From: an uncultured Acidimicrobiaceae bacterium
GTDB taxonomy: Bacteria > Actinomycetota > Acidimicrobiia > Acidimicrobiales > Palsa-688
Reading direction: 5' to 3'
DNA length: 64,000 nt
Assembly (NCBI GenBank): GCA_963735305.1
Contig: CAVTKK010000002.1
Coordinates: 2,481-66,480 of the forward strand
Shown: positions 20,521-29,776 of the stretch, piece by piece
Layout: every line of letters starts with the position of its first letter
How positions within the stretch are numbered: position 1 is the stretch's first letter
The notes under the pieces: model-generated
What the model was told of the DNA's origin: nothing
Databases searched by the model: none
The model's input: the letters and a program-made list of their open reading frames with translations, nothing else
Program-made: the position numbers and the translations under genes

Positions 20521-21357
20521 GTGAAAATCATCGTTTTGGGGGCCCGAGGCTCCACCCCGGCCCCCGGGCCCGATTTCCTCCGTTACGGAGGGCACACCTC
20601 CAGCCTGGCCCTGGCCCACGACGGAGCCGTCCCCAGCCTGGTGGTCGACGCCGGCACCGGCATAAGAACTCTCAGTGCCCTCCTGGACGGCGCCTTCTCC
20701 GGCGCCCTACTTCTCGGGCACCTGCACTGGGACCACACCCAGGGCCTGCCCTTCTTCCGGGCCGGCGACGACCCGGGAGCGAGGGTCACGCTCTTCGGGC
20801 CGCACCAGGGGCCCGACACCGATATGGAGTCGGTACTCGGCCGGGCCATGTCACCGCCGCACTTCCCGATAACCCCGGGCGAGCTGCGCGGTGATTGGAG
20901 CTTCGAGAACCTGGGCCCGGGCGAGCACGAGATCGAGGGTTTCCGCGTGCTGGCCCTAGACATACCGCACAAGGGGGGACGCAGCTTCGGTTACCGAGTG
21001 TCGGACGGTCGGGTGGCGCTGGCCTACCTGTCGGACCACTGGCCCACAGGTTTCGGCCCCGGGCCGGCCGGGCTGGGGGAATACCACGAGAACGCTGTCC
21101 GCCTCGTCTCGGGCGCCGACATCGTCTTCCACGACGCCCAGTACACCGACGAGGAACTGCCGGCCCGGGGCTATTTTGGCCATTCCTGCCCGGGTTACGC
21201 CCTGGGCCTGGCCATGGCGGCGGGAGCCAAACGGCTGGTCCTGTTCCACCACGACCCGCAGCGGACCGACGACGAGATCGACGCCATGGTCGCCGGCTAC
21301 CAGGACGCCGCTATACCAGTGGAGGCGGCCACCGAGGGCGCTCACATCTCCCTGTGA
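20521..21357 (+). CDS. MBL-fold metallo-hydrolase
   Basis: Metal-binding motif LLGHLHWDHTQGLPFF and later H/D ligands (..LFHHDP..). GTG start. Confidence 0.75.
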   Translation: MKIIVLGARGSTPAPGPDFLRYGGHTSSLALAHDGAVPSLVVDAGTGIRTLSALLDGAFSGALLLGHLHWDHTQGLPFFRAGDDPGARVTLFGPHQGPDTDMESVLGRAMSPPHFPITPGELRGDWSFENLGPGEHEIEGFRVLALDIPHKGGRSFGYRVSDGRVALAYLSDHWPTGFGPGPAGLGEYHENAVRLVSGADIVFHDAQYTDEELPARGYFGHSCPGYALGLAMAAGAKRLVLFHHDPQRTDDEIDAMVAGYQDAAIPVEAATEGAHISL

Positions 21358-21440
21358 CCCCAGCTGGCGGGGACCGTGGTGACCGGGACGAGGGGGCCGG
21401 TACCAGCTGAGCTGGGCCGCGCCGTTATAGGCTTTGGCCC

Positions 21441-22106
21441 GTGGCCCTCCGAGTGGTACTGGCCGAGGACAATTACCTGGTACGAGAGGGCGTCGGCAAG
21501 CTGATCGACCTCGAGCCGGACCTGGAGGTCGTGGCCGCCTGCGTCGACTACCCGTCGCTACTGAAAGCGGTCGAAAGAGACTCCCCCAATGTGGTGGTCA
21601 CCGATATCCGCATGCCTCCCACGGGGACCGATGAGGGCATACGGGCGGCCAACGAGCTGCGCGCCCTCTATCCCAACCTGGGCGTGGTCGTTTTGAGCCA
21701 GTACTCCGAGCCCGCCTATGCCCTACGGTTCCTGGAGAACGGGTCGAAGGGCCGGGCCTACCTGCTCAAAGAGCGCGTTTCGGACATAGGCCAGCTGGCC
21801 TCAGCCATCCGCGAGGTGGCCCGGGGCGGCTCGGTGATCGACCCCGAGGTGGTCGACAACCTGGTCAAGGCCCGCTCCCTCGACGCCCGCTCGCCGCTGC
21901 GGGCCCTCACCCCCCGAGAGGTCGAAGTCCTGGCCGAGATGGCCCAGGGCAAGAACAACGCCGCCGTTGCCGCCGCCCTGGTGCTCTCCGAGCGAGCGGT
22001 CGAAAAGCACATCAACTCGATTTTCTTCAAGCTCGGCCTCAGCGAGGAGACCGACGTGCACCGCCGGGTCAAGGCCGTGCTCCTTTTCCTGGCGGCCACG
22101 AGCTGA
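21441..22106 (+). CDS. two-component response regulator, NarL/LuxR family (REC + HTH)
   Basis: REC (VLAEDNYLVREG..., VVVTDIRMPP, ...YLLK) plus LuxR HTH (LTPREVEVLAEMAQGKNNAAVAAALVLSERAVEKHINSIFFKLG). Confidence 0.9.
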   Translation: MALRVVLAEDNYLVREGVGKLIDLEPDLEVVAACVDYPSLLKAVERDSPNVVVTDIRMPPTGTDEGIRAANELRALYPNLGVVVLSQYSEPAYALRFLENGSKGRAYLLKERVSDIGQLASAIREVARGGSVIDPEVVDNLVKARSLDARSPLRALTPREVEVLAEMAQGKNNAAVAAALVLSERAVEKHINSIFFKLGLSEETDVHRRVKAVLLFLAATS

Positions 22107-22206
22107 GCGACCCGGGGCCGGCGCCACCGCCAGGGGTGCTGACACCACACTTCTTGGTGGTGCTGGCCGAGTGGGCCTTTTAGGCCCGCTCTGGCAGGAT
22201 TTGTTC

Positions 22207-22605
22207 ATGCCCCCACCGGCGGTGAGCGTGTTGGTCGTCGACGACCAGGCTCCTTTCCGGACGGCGGCGCGCCTGGTGGTGCGGGCCACCGCCGGTTTCG
22301 AGGTCATAGGAGAAGCCAAGTCGGGTGAGGAGGCCGTTGAGGCCGTCGCCCGTCTCAACCCCCAGCTGGTGCTCATGGACATCAACATGGAAGGCATGGG
22401 CGGCATCGCCGCTACCAAGGTCATCCGGGACGAGCACAAGAGCACCAACGTGATCCTGCTGTCCACCTACGACGAGGAAGACCTTCCGGCGGATGCCCGC
22501 ACGTGCGGGGCATTGGCCTACATCCACAAAGAACGCTTCGGTCCCGACATCCTGGAGGGCACCTGGTCCGCCAGCGTCGCCCAGGGCGCCGGCGGCTGCT
22601 GCTGA
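22207..22605 (+). CDS. stand-alone receiver (CheY-like) response regulator
   Basis: VLVVDDQ..., LVLMDINMEGMGG, ILLSTY and AYIHK give the acidic pocket, phospho-Asp, Thr/Ser and Lys positions. No output domain is present. ATG at 22207. Confidence 0.85.
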   Translation: MPPPAVSVLVVDDQAPFRTAARLVVRATAGFEVIGEAKSGEEAVEAVARLNPQLVLMDINMEGMGGIAATKVIRDEHKSTNVILLSTYDEEDLPADARTCGALAYIHKERFGPDILEGTWSASVAQGAGGCC

Positions 22606-22618
22606 TCCCGGGGGCGCC

Positions 22619-22686
22619 CTACCGCGGAATGCGCACTACAGCGGGATGCGCCCTACCGCGGGATGCGCACTACAGCGGGATGCGCC
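22619..22686. repeat. four tandem 17-bp units (equivalently two 34-bp units) in the convergent gap between the receiver gene and the histidine kinase gene
   Basis: CTACCGCGGAATGCGCA / CTACAGCGGGATGCGCC / CTACCGCGGGATGCGCA / CTACAGCGGGATGCGCC at 22619-35, 22636-52, 22653-69 and 22670-86. The last unit is the final 5 codons plus the TAG stop of the kinase gene (minus strand). Confidence 0.9.
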
Positions 22687-24847
22687 CCGAAAGGGTGGTG
22701 CCCTGGCCCGGAGCGGAGTTGACCTGCACCGTGCCGCCCATGGCGCCGACGCGGTCACCCATGTTGACAAAGCCGGCGCCTTTGCCCTTGGCCCCCCGGG
22801 CGTCGAACCCGGCCCCGTCGTCGGCGACCTCGAAGCAGAGAGAGCCGGGCTCCTCCCATACCTTGAGGGTGGCGCCGGCACCGGGCCCGGCGTGCTTCCC
22901 GGCGTTCTGGAGGGCTTCGAGGCAGCAGAAATAGACCGCTGCCTCCATCTCCGGCGAGTAACGCCGCAGCCCGGCCGCGTCCACCATCGTGGGCAGGGCC
23001 GCCCTGCCGGCCGCGCCCCGCAAGGCTTCCTCGATCCCTCTGTCAGCCAGCAACGGCGGGTAGATGCCGTGGGCCAGGGCCCTGAGTTCCTGCACGGCGT
23101 TTTGCAGGCCCTCGCCCAGCTGGTCGAGGATCTCGAGCGACCCCGCCGGGTCGGTCTCGGCCAGCCTCCGGGCCAAGCGCACGTTGACGGCCAACGCCAC
23201 CAGGTGCTGCTGGGCGCCATCGTGCAGGTTGCGCTCGATCTGGCGACGGGCGGCATCCGAGGCGGCTACGATGCGCGCCCGGGACTCCTGGAGCTGCTCG
23301 GCCTGGAGCCGCAGGTCCTCCAGTGATTTCTGCAGGGCCGAGTCGAGTTCGACGTTGTGCAGGGCCAGGCCCACCTGGCGGGCCAGTTCGGTCAGCACCA
23401 CATCGTCGTCGGCGGTGAACTGGTCACCTCCGGGAGGGCGCACGGCCACTATGAGCCCGAGCACCCGGCCCGAGTGCGTGGTGGGAGCCACCCGCAGCAG
23501 CGAGCTCTCCCGCCCGGCGACGATGCCGGGCAGCCAGACGCTGAGCCACGCCGTGCCCGTGACCCCGGCCCGGGCCACGACCGATTCCTCCTCGGGGCTC
23601 AACGTGAGGTCCGTGCTGGGGACGTCGGGGACCGAGATCGAACGGGCCAAGTGGCCCCCCGAACCGGTCCAGACCTCGGCCGAGCTCAGGGCCAGGGTCT
23701 TGCGCAAGGACTCGGCCACCTGGAGCAAGAGTTCGTCCATAGGGATGGCACGGGACAGCCGGCTGCCGAAGGTGCGCAGCACGGCGTCGGGCGCCTCCCT
23801 CTCGCCGTATACCAGGCGGTTGGCGTAAAGCGTGAGGCGCTGGCGGGCGGGCCCGTACAACAGGGCGGCGACGGCGGCCGAGATCATCGACAAGACCAGC
23901 AGCGAGCGCTCGTCCCGGCTGGGGGTGCTCCCCAGCCCCGCCACCACCACCAGGTAGACGGCCGCCACCACACAGGTGAGGCCGGCGATGGAAACGGTGT
24001 GGGCCAGTATCCGGTCGATGCGGCCGGCCAGCCGCCGGGTGCTGCACATGGCAATGGCGACGGCGAAGGGCGCCAGCGAGACGGTAAGGACCAACGGCGC
24101 CCGGGTGGGCCAATCGAGCAGGACGCGCAAAGCGAGAGCCACCAACAGCACCACCAGGGCAATGGCGGCCGCCCAGCCGAACCATTGCATGCGCTGGCGC
24201 TCGAGCCCGGTGGAACGGGCGTACCGCCGCTGCGAGATCCCGGCACCGATGGTGACGGTCACCACCGCCTCGACGGCCACAGGCCACAGGGGCAGGGCGG
24301 GACGCTGGGACCACAGGGCCAGGCCCAGGGCGGCCCCGACCACATAGCCGCCGGCGACGACCAACCGGCTGAGCCGGCAGCTCCCGTCGGGGATCCCGAA
24401 CAGGATGTGCATGGCGGCGACGGGCAGCAGGGCCAAGGCCACGGGCTCGACGAAACGGGCCAGGGGCACCAGGCCCGACGCCACCGTCCCACCGTGGGCG
24501 TGTACGTAGACGAGAGCCGCCGACGCCGAGACCACGCCGCCCAGCGCGGCGGCGAGCAGCACCACAATGGGTTGGCGCTCATCCGGCCGCCGCACCAGTG
24601 CCACCAGGCCGGCGGCGGCGAAGGCCACCACCACCGAGGCCCGCACAACCTCGGCGGCGAGGTTGCCGTGCGGGTCGATGGAGGGCGCCCCGGCTGCGCT
24701 GGCCACGGCCACCAAGGCGAGCGTGAGAGATATGGCGGTGGCGACCGGCTTGGCCTCGGCCGTGCGGGGCAGGCCGCCCCCCTCGGTGCTGCGCCGGGCG
24801 TTCTCGCGGATCTCGCCCAGCTGACTGACGATTATCGGTGTGCTCAT
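22670..24847 (-). CDS. sensor histidine kinase: polytopic membrane N-terminus + GAF-like domain + HisKA_3 + HATPase_c
   Basis: About 9-10 hydrophobic helices in the first roughly 330 aa. H-box IERNLHDGAQQHLVAL, N-box CLEALQNAGKHA, G-boxes DDGAGF and GMGG.... ATG at 24847 overlaps the stop of the upstream ABC ATPase gene (ATGA). Confidence 0.9.
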   Translation of the reverse strand: MSTPIIVSQLGEIRENARRSTEGGGLPRTAEAKPVATAISLTLALVAVASAAGAPSIDPHGNLAAEVVRASVVVAFAAAGLVALVRRPDERQPIVVLLAAALGGVVSASAALVYVHAHGGTVASGLVPLARFVEPVALALLPVAAMHILFGIPDGSCRLSRLVVAGGYVVGAALGLALWSQRPALPLWPVAVEAVVTVTIGAGISQRRYARSTGLERQRMQWFGWAAAIALVVLLVALALRVLLDWPTRAPLVLTVSLAPFAVAIAMCSTRRLAGRIDRILAHTVSIAGLTCVVAAVYLVVVAGLGSTPSRDERSLLVLSMISAAVAALLYGPARQRLTLYANRLVYGEREAPDAVLRTFGSRLSRAIPMDELLLQVAESLRKTLALSSAEVWTGSGGHLARSISVPDVPSTDLTLSPEEESVVARAGVTGTAWLSVWLPGIVAGRESSLLRVAPTTHSGRVLGLIVAVRPPGGDQFTADDDVVLTELARQVGLALHNVELDSALQKSLEDLRLQAEQLQESRARIVAASDAARRQIERNLHDGAQQHLVALAVNVRLARRLAETDPAGSLEILDQLGEGLQNAVQELRALAHGIYPPLLADRGIEEALRGAAGRAALPTMVDAAGLRRYSPEMEAAVYFCCLEALQNAGKHAGPGAGATLKVWEEPGSLCFEVADDGAGFDARGAKGKGAGFVNMGDRVGAMGGTVQVNSAPGQGTTLSGRIPL

Positions 24848-25569
24848 GTCGGCATGGCTACGACCGCCGCGTCTGCGGCGGAAGAGCCGGCGCCCACCTC
24901 CTCGTTCTCTATGCGCCCGTCGCGCATGTGAACGATGCGGGTGGCCGGCGCCGCCACTGATTCGTCGTGGGTGACGAGCAGGATGGACTGGCCACCGGCA
25001 TGGAGGCGCCGGAACAGCTCGAGCACCTCCTTGCCGCCGTCGGAGTCGAGGGCGCCCGTGGGCTCGTCGGCCAGCAGCAACGTCGGTGCGTTGGCCAGGG
25101 CCCGGGCAATGGCCAGTCGCTGGCGCTGGCCGCCCGACAGCACCCCGGGGGCGCTCTTGGCCTTGTCGGCCAGGCCGAGAAGGTCCAGCAGGTCCCGCGC
25201 CCTGCTTTCGGCCCGCTTCCGGCCGGTGCCAGCGATCACCGCCGGCAGGGTGACGTTCTCCAACACGCTCATCCCCTCGAGAAGGTTGAAGAACTGGAAC
25301 ACGATGCCTATGTGGCGCCGCCTCATGCGGGCCAGATCGCTCTCGTCCATGCCGGCCAGGGGCTCGCCGGCCACGGTGATCTCCCCCTCGCTGGGAACGT
25401 CGAGGCCGGCAACGAGGTTGAGCAGGGTGGACTTGCCACAGCCCGACGGGCCCATGATGGCGACGAACTCGCCCTGCTCGATGGTCATGTCGACGCCGCG
25501 CAGCGCCCTCACCGGGGCACCCTCGGACTCATAGGTCTTGCGCAGGCCGTGGGCCTCCATAACGTTCAT
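24844..25569 (-). CDS. ABC transporter ATP-binding protein (MacB/LolD/FtsE-like subfamily), no adjacent permease
   Basis: Walker A GPSGCGKST, signature LSGGQRQRLAIARAL, Walker B LLLADEPT, H-loop LVTHD. Preferred start is MNVMEAHGLRKTY at 25569. Confidence 0.9.
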   Translation of the reverse strand: MNVMEAHGLRKTYESEGAPVRALRGVDMTIEQGEFVAIMGPSGCGKSTLLNLVAGLDVPSEGEITVAGEPLAGMDESDLARMRRRHIGIVFQFFNLLEGMSVLENVTLPAVIAGTGRKRAESRARDLLDLLGLADKAKSAPGVLSGGQRQRLAIARALANAPTLLLADEPTGALDSDGGKEVLELFRRLHAGGQSILLVTHDESVAAPATRIVHMRDGRIENEEVGAGSSAADAAVVAMPT

Positions 25570-25642
25570 AGAACCTCCCGGTCCAATCGTTGCTTCCAGT
25601 TCGGGCATTCCGGTTCGGGCCGTACCTTTCCGGCCGTCCAGC

Positions 25643-27082
25643 TCAGGCTGCGGATATTGCGTTGGTAACGGTGGCGGCGCTCAAGCGCCACGCCGACACG
25701 GGTGTCCCCCTGCCCTTCACCAGGGCAGGCGGCAGGGCTTGGGCCGCCGGGGGGTCGGCGAGCGACCCGTAGGTTGTTTCGGACAGGACGGTCTCCCCCG
25801 GCTCAGCCCACTGCTGGAGGCGCTGCGAAAGGTTCACCGTGTCGCCCACCAGGGTGTACTCGAGGTGCTCCTCCGAACCGAGCAAGGCCGCGGCCACCGG
25901 GCCGGTGGTTATGCCTATCCCGAGCTCGAAAAAAGGCAGCCCCTCGTCGCGCCAGCGCTCGTTCACCTTCCTTTGTGCCGCGTGCATGGCCAGAGCCGCC
26001 TCCACCGCCTTACCGGCGTGGTCGTCGATGGGCACGGGGGCGCCGAAGACGGCCATCACGGCGTCCCCCACGAACTGCATCACTGTCCCGCCGGCGGCGA
26101 TGATGGCCTTGTTCATCTCGGCCCGATGGACGTTCAGCTGCCGGGCCAGCACGCTGGGGTCGGCCTTCTCGGCGATGGTCGAGTAGCCCCGGATGTCGGA
26201 CATGAGCACGCTGACCAGCAACTGCCTGGTCTCGCCCAGGTTGCAACCCTGCTCACGCAGCATCTGGGCCACACCCCCGGGCAGGAGCCGGCTCAAGGTC
26301 TCACCCTGCTCCTCCCGGTTCACGATGGCCTGGTAGAGGCTGCGAAGGCGGCGCAAGGAGTTCTGACCCCCGCTGCTGGCATCCTCGGCCATGCGTAGGA
26401 ACAGCTTCTCCACGGCATCGGCAGCAGAAGAAGGCGTGGTCCCCTGGACGGCGGCGATGGCTTTGATCGGCCGGCCTTCGGCCACCAGGCGGAGCAGGTC
26501 CTCCTCGGCTGGGGTCAGCTCCCCCTTGCCGGTGACGGGATGGACCATGGCCTCGACTATGGCCGGGTCGAGCACCGAGCCTCCGCTGGCCACCGCTCTG
26601 ACCGCCCGGGCCAACTGGTCGCCCTCGGCCACCCTGTCCTTCAGTAGGTAGGCGTACCCGGCCGACCCGTCACCGAGCAGGGAAATGGCGTACTCGGGGT
26701 CGTCAAACTGGGAGAGCACGACGATCCCGGTCCCCGGGTGACGCTTGCGTATCTCGTGGGCCGCCTCGATCCCTTCCTGGTGGAAACTCGGAGGCATGCG
26801 GATGTCGGTCACGACCACCTGCGGCGCCAGCTCGGAAGCCTTGGCCACCAGCTCGTCGTAGTCCGAGGCGGTGCCGACGACGCTGAAGTCCTTCTCCAGG
26901 GCAATCAGGGCCCGGACGCCCTCTCTGACTATCAGGTTGTCGTCGGCCACGAAGACGCTGATGGTCGACCCGTCGACCGCCTCGGCGGGGTCGACCGGGG
27001 ATCCGCGGGGGCCGACCGGGGATCCGGCGGCTCCGGCCGGGGGGCGGGGCGAACCCGCCTCAGGCACGTCGGGTCGGCTCAC
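25643..27082 (-). CDS. response regulator with REC + degenerate LuxR-like HTH + class III nucleotide (adenylate/guanylate) cyclase domain
   Basis: The REC domain is closely paralogous to the 21441 regulator (VFVADDNLIVREG..., VVVTDIRMPP, AYLLKDRV). HTH-like LTPAEEDLLRLVAEGRPIKAIA. Cyclase motifs SVLMSDIRGYS, GDAVMAVFGAP, LGIGITTGPV, GDTVNLSQRLQ. Confidence 0.85.
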   Translation of the reverse strand: MSRPDVPEAGSPRPPAGAAGSPVGPRGSPVDPAEAVDGSTISVFVADDNLIVREGVRALIALEKDFSVVGTASDYDELVAKASELAPQVVVTDIRMPPSFHQEGIEAAHEIRKRHPGTGIVVLSQFDDPEYAISLLGDGSAGYAYLLKDRVAEGDQLARAVRAVASGGSVLDPAIVEAMVHPVTGKGELTPAEEDLLRLVAEGRPIKAIAAVQGTTPSSAADAVEKLFLRMAEDASSGGQNSLRRLRSLYQAIVNREEQGETLSRLLPGGVAQMLREQGCNLGETRQLLVSVLMSDIRGYSTIAEKADPSVLARQLNVHRAEMNKAIIAAGGTVMQFVGDAVMAVFGAPVPIDDHAGKAVEAALAMHAAQRKVNERWRDEGLPFFELGIGITTGPVAAALLGSEEHLEYTLVGDTVNLSQRLQQWAEPGETVLSETTYGSLADPPAAQALPPALVKGRGTPVSAWRLSAATVTNAISAA

Positions 27083-28078
27083 TTAGTCCTGGTCCTCGCG
27101 CCGGTGGCCCAGGCTGAGCTCCTGCAGGGCGGACCGGTCCATCTCGCCCGCCGAGACCATGGCCAGCTTGCAGGCGGTGACGGCGCGCACGCTGAAGGTG
27201 CGCGTCCCGCCTTCCAGAAAGGCTCTCTCGCCGTGCATGGAGCCGGGGCCGTACTCGGCCAGCCGGTCCCCGTCCACCTCTACCCGCACCACGCCGTCGA
27301 GGACCAGGAACAGCTCGTCGCCCGGCTCGCCCTGCTCGGTGACCAGCGCCCCGGCGGCGAACTTGCGGATCTTCGGCTTGGTGGCCCCGTGCATCAGCTC
27401 GATCGACAGCTGGCGCTCCAGGGCCGTTTCGACCTCGGTGGCGAAGGCGGGCGAGTCCTGGTCGCCCCAGGGGCTGTGCTTACCGAAGGCGCTGCGGTAC
27501 CAGGTCGAGAAGTCGATCAGCCCGCTCTTTTTGACCAGCTTGTTGTCTGTGCCGTAAACCCAGTGCCGGGGGAAGGGGCTGGCGCCCAGAAGGTGGTGCT
27601 CGACGGTGCCGTCGGCATGGATCTCCAGGGCCACGGTGGTCCAGGCCAGGGGTGCGCTGAACTGCACGAACGGGGCCCGGCGGACACGGCGAGGGGCGGG
27701 TACACCGGTGCGCCCCCCGGCCGTCTGGACGAAGGTCGCCTTTTCCGCCGTCACCACCGCAGGCGGCTGGAGGTCGGGGAGGGCAACGGCCTGGAACACG
27801 GCGCGTCGGCGCCCCAGGCGCAGCGTCGTCGACCCGATCAGGCCCTCGCCGGCCTGGCCGTAGTCGACGATGCGGCCGGCGGAGACCTCGATCCACGCCT
27901 GCAGGTGGTTGGCGAAGCGGAACCTGTCCCCTTCACGCAGCTCCTCCAGGTCGTCGATGACGTCGGGCGGTGGCTCGTCGTAGTGGGCGATGCCGCTCTC
28001 GAAGGGGAGCTTGGTGGCGCCGGCGATCGCCTCGGACGGTATCCATGAGATCGACGTGACAGCGGCTTCGGTGCGCAT
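27083..28078 (-). CDS. cyclic nucleotide-binding (CAP_ED) domain protein with an unrecognised ~220-aa N-terminal domain
   Basis: C-terminal ...GALVTEQGEPGDELFLVLDGVVRVEVDG..., with phosphate-binding cassette HGERAFLEGGTRTFSVRAV. The N-terminal two thirds are soluble with no motif I recognise. The stop TAA directly abuts the GTG of the cyclase gene. Confidence 0.8.
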   Translation of the reverse strand: MRTEAAVTSISWIPSEAIAGATKLPFESGIAHYDEPPPDVIDDLEELREGDRFRFANHLQAWIEVSAGRIVDYGQAGEGLIGSTTLRLGRRRAVFQAVALPDLQPPAVVTAEKATFVQTAGGRTGVPAPRRVRRAPFVQFSAPLAWTTVALEIHADGTVEHHLLGASPFPRHWVYGTDNKLVKKSGLIDFSTWYRSAFGKHSPWGDQDSPAFATEVETALERQLSIELMHGATKPKIRKFAAGALVTEQGEPGDELFLVLDGVVRVEVDGDRLAEYGPGSMHGERAFLEGGTRTFSVRAVTACKLAMVSAGEMDRSALQELSLGHRREDQD

Positions 28079-28227
28079 GCCCCAAAATTAGAACGGCGGC
28101 GGGGCCGGGGGAAGGGTGATGCCCGGTGTCGCAGCCATAGTGATGACAGGTGCGCACAGGGGAGGTTGGCACCCCCGGGGCGCACGTCGGGGGCGCAGGT
28201 CGTGGCCGCACCCGGGCCGGGGCCCGG

Positions 28228-29658
28228 TCAGCGGCGCCGGCCCATGTCGGCCAGGGCCGACCGGGCCGCCCAGTAGCCGCACATGCCATGGACCCCCCCA
28301 CCCGGAGGGGTCGACGCCGAACAGAGGTATAGGCCGGGCGACGAGGTCCGATAGTTGTCCCACCGGGCCGTGGGGCGGAAGACCGTCTGGCGCAGGGTGG
28401 CCATGCCTCCGGTGATGTCGCCGCCGACATAGTTGGGGTTGGCCCCCTCGGTCTCCGCCGCCGTCTTGGTCGCCCGGGCCAGCACCAGGTCGCGGAAACC
28501 GGGCGCAAAGCGCTCGATCTGGGCCTCGATCCGCCCGGTCATGTCGACCGACGATCCCGAAGGCACGTGGCAATAGGCCCACAGGGTGTGCTGACCGGTC
28601 GGGGCGCGGCTGGGGTCCACCACACCGGGCTGGGCCACCAAGCAGAACGGCCGCTCGGCATGCCGACCGGCAGCCACCTCGGCCTCACTGGTGGCGACCT
28701 CTTCGAGGGTGCCGCCCACGTGGACCGTCCCCGCCTGCCGGCATGCCGGCGCCTCCCAGGGCACCGGCCCGCTGAGCGCCCAGTCGACCTTACAGACGCC
28801 GGGGCCATAGCGGAACCGCCCCAGCGCTGCCCGGTAGGAGGCGCTGAGCCGCTCCTCGGCCAGCGTGACCAGGTTGCGGGGCGAGATGTCGAGGAGCACG
28901 GTCGCCGCCGTGGGCACGTCGGCGAGGCGCTCCACCCAGCGACCGGCCTCCACTTTCGCCCCGAAGGCCCCGAGCTCGGCCACCAGCGCATCTACGACAC
29001 GGCCGCTCCCGCCTGCGACGACGGGCCAACCGTACGCATGGGCCAGGGCCACGAACAGCATCCCGTAAGAAGCGGTGAGCGGAGAGCTGAGGGGCAGCAT
29101 CGAGTGGGCGGCGGCCCCCGCCAGCAGCCCTTTGGCCTCGTCGGTCTCGAACCTTCGGGCCAGGAGCGTCACCGGCAGGAGCCCGGGCAGCCCCAGGCGG
29201 GCCATAGCCAGCGGGTGCCGGGGGGGGCGGCGGAGGGGGGCGAGCACGGTGGGCAGGATCTCGTCGACGTCCCGGGCCAGCGGGGCGAAGAGGCGGCGGT
29301 ACGCACGGGCATCGGGGCCCAGGGTGGCCGCTGTGTCGTCCACCGAGCCCAAGATGGCGCCGGCGCGACCACCGTCGAGGGGATGGGCGAACGCCACCGG
29401 GGGGGCGAGCAGTTTCACCCCTCTTGCCGCCAGGTCGACGCTGCGGAAAAAGGGGGAGGCCAGGACCAGAGGGTGCACGGCCGAACACACGTCGTGCCGG
29501 AAGCCCGGGAGGGTCAACTCGTCCGTCCGGCACCCGCCCCCGGGGACGGGCGCCCCCTCGTAAACTTGGACGGACCGTCCGGCGCGGGCGAGCGTCAAGG
29601 CGGCGGCCAGCCCGTTCGGACCGGAGCCGACCACGACGGCATCGAGAGAGCTCACCAT
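28228..29658 (-). CDS. phytoene desaturase (CrtI)-family NAD(P)/FAD-dependent oxidoreductase
   Basis: Dinucleotide motif DAVVVGSGPNGLAAALTLARAG; C-terminal ...YLCSASTPPGGGVHGMCG typical of the CrtI/amine oxidase-like family. ATG at 29656-29658. The upstream part of the 597-aa ORF is not needed. Confidence 0.75.
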   Translation of the reverse strand: MVSSLDAVVVGSGPNGLAAALTLARAGRSVQVYEGAPVPGGGCRTDELTLPGFRHDVCSAVHPLVLASPFFRSVDLAARGVKLLAPPVAFAHPLDGGRAGAILGSVDDTAATLGPDARAYRRLFAPLARDVDEILPTVLAPLRRPPRHPLAMARLGLPGLLPVTLLARRFETDEAKGLLAGAAAHSMLPLSSPLTASYGMLFVALAHAYGWPVVAGGSGRVVDALVAELGAFGAKVEAGRWVERLADVPTAATVLLDISPRNLVTLAEERLSASYRAALGRFRYGPGVCKVDWALSGPVPWEAPACRQAGTVHVGGTLEEVATSEAEVAAGRHAERPFCLVAQPGVVDPSRAPTGQHTLWAYCHVPSGSSVDMTGRIEAQIERFAPGFRDLVLARATKTAAETEGANPNYVGGDITGGMATLRQTVFRPTARWDNYRTSSPGLYLCSASTPPGGGVHGMCGYWAARSALADMGRRR

Positions 29659-29776
29659 CAGCACGGTAGCGGCGCCAGCCACCGGGCACGGGTGCTGGCC
29701 GCCGTCGAAGGGTACCCCAACACCCCCGGCGGGAAACCTGCCTCCATGGTGCCGCGCCGGCTCCCAGCGGACAACC

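Noticed and set aside
22619-22686. Possible CRISPR array. The same was considered for the 54-bp repeat array at 63466..64000 and the 126-bp repeats at 57881..58258.
   Set aside because: The repeats are directly contiguous without unique spacers. The two larger arrays are in-frame coding repeats. No cas genes are present.
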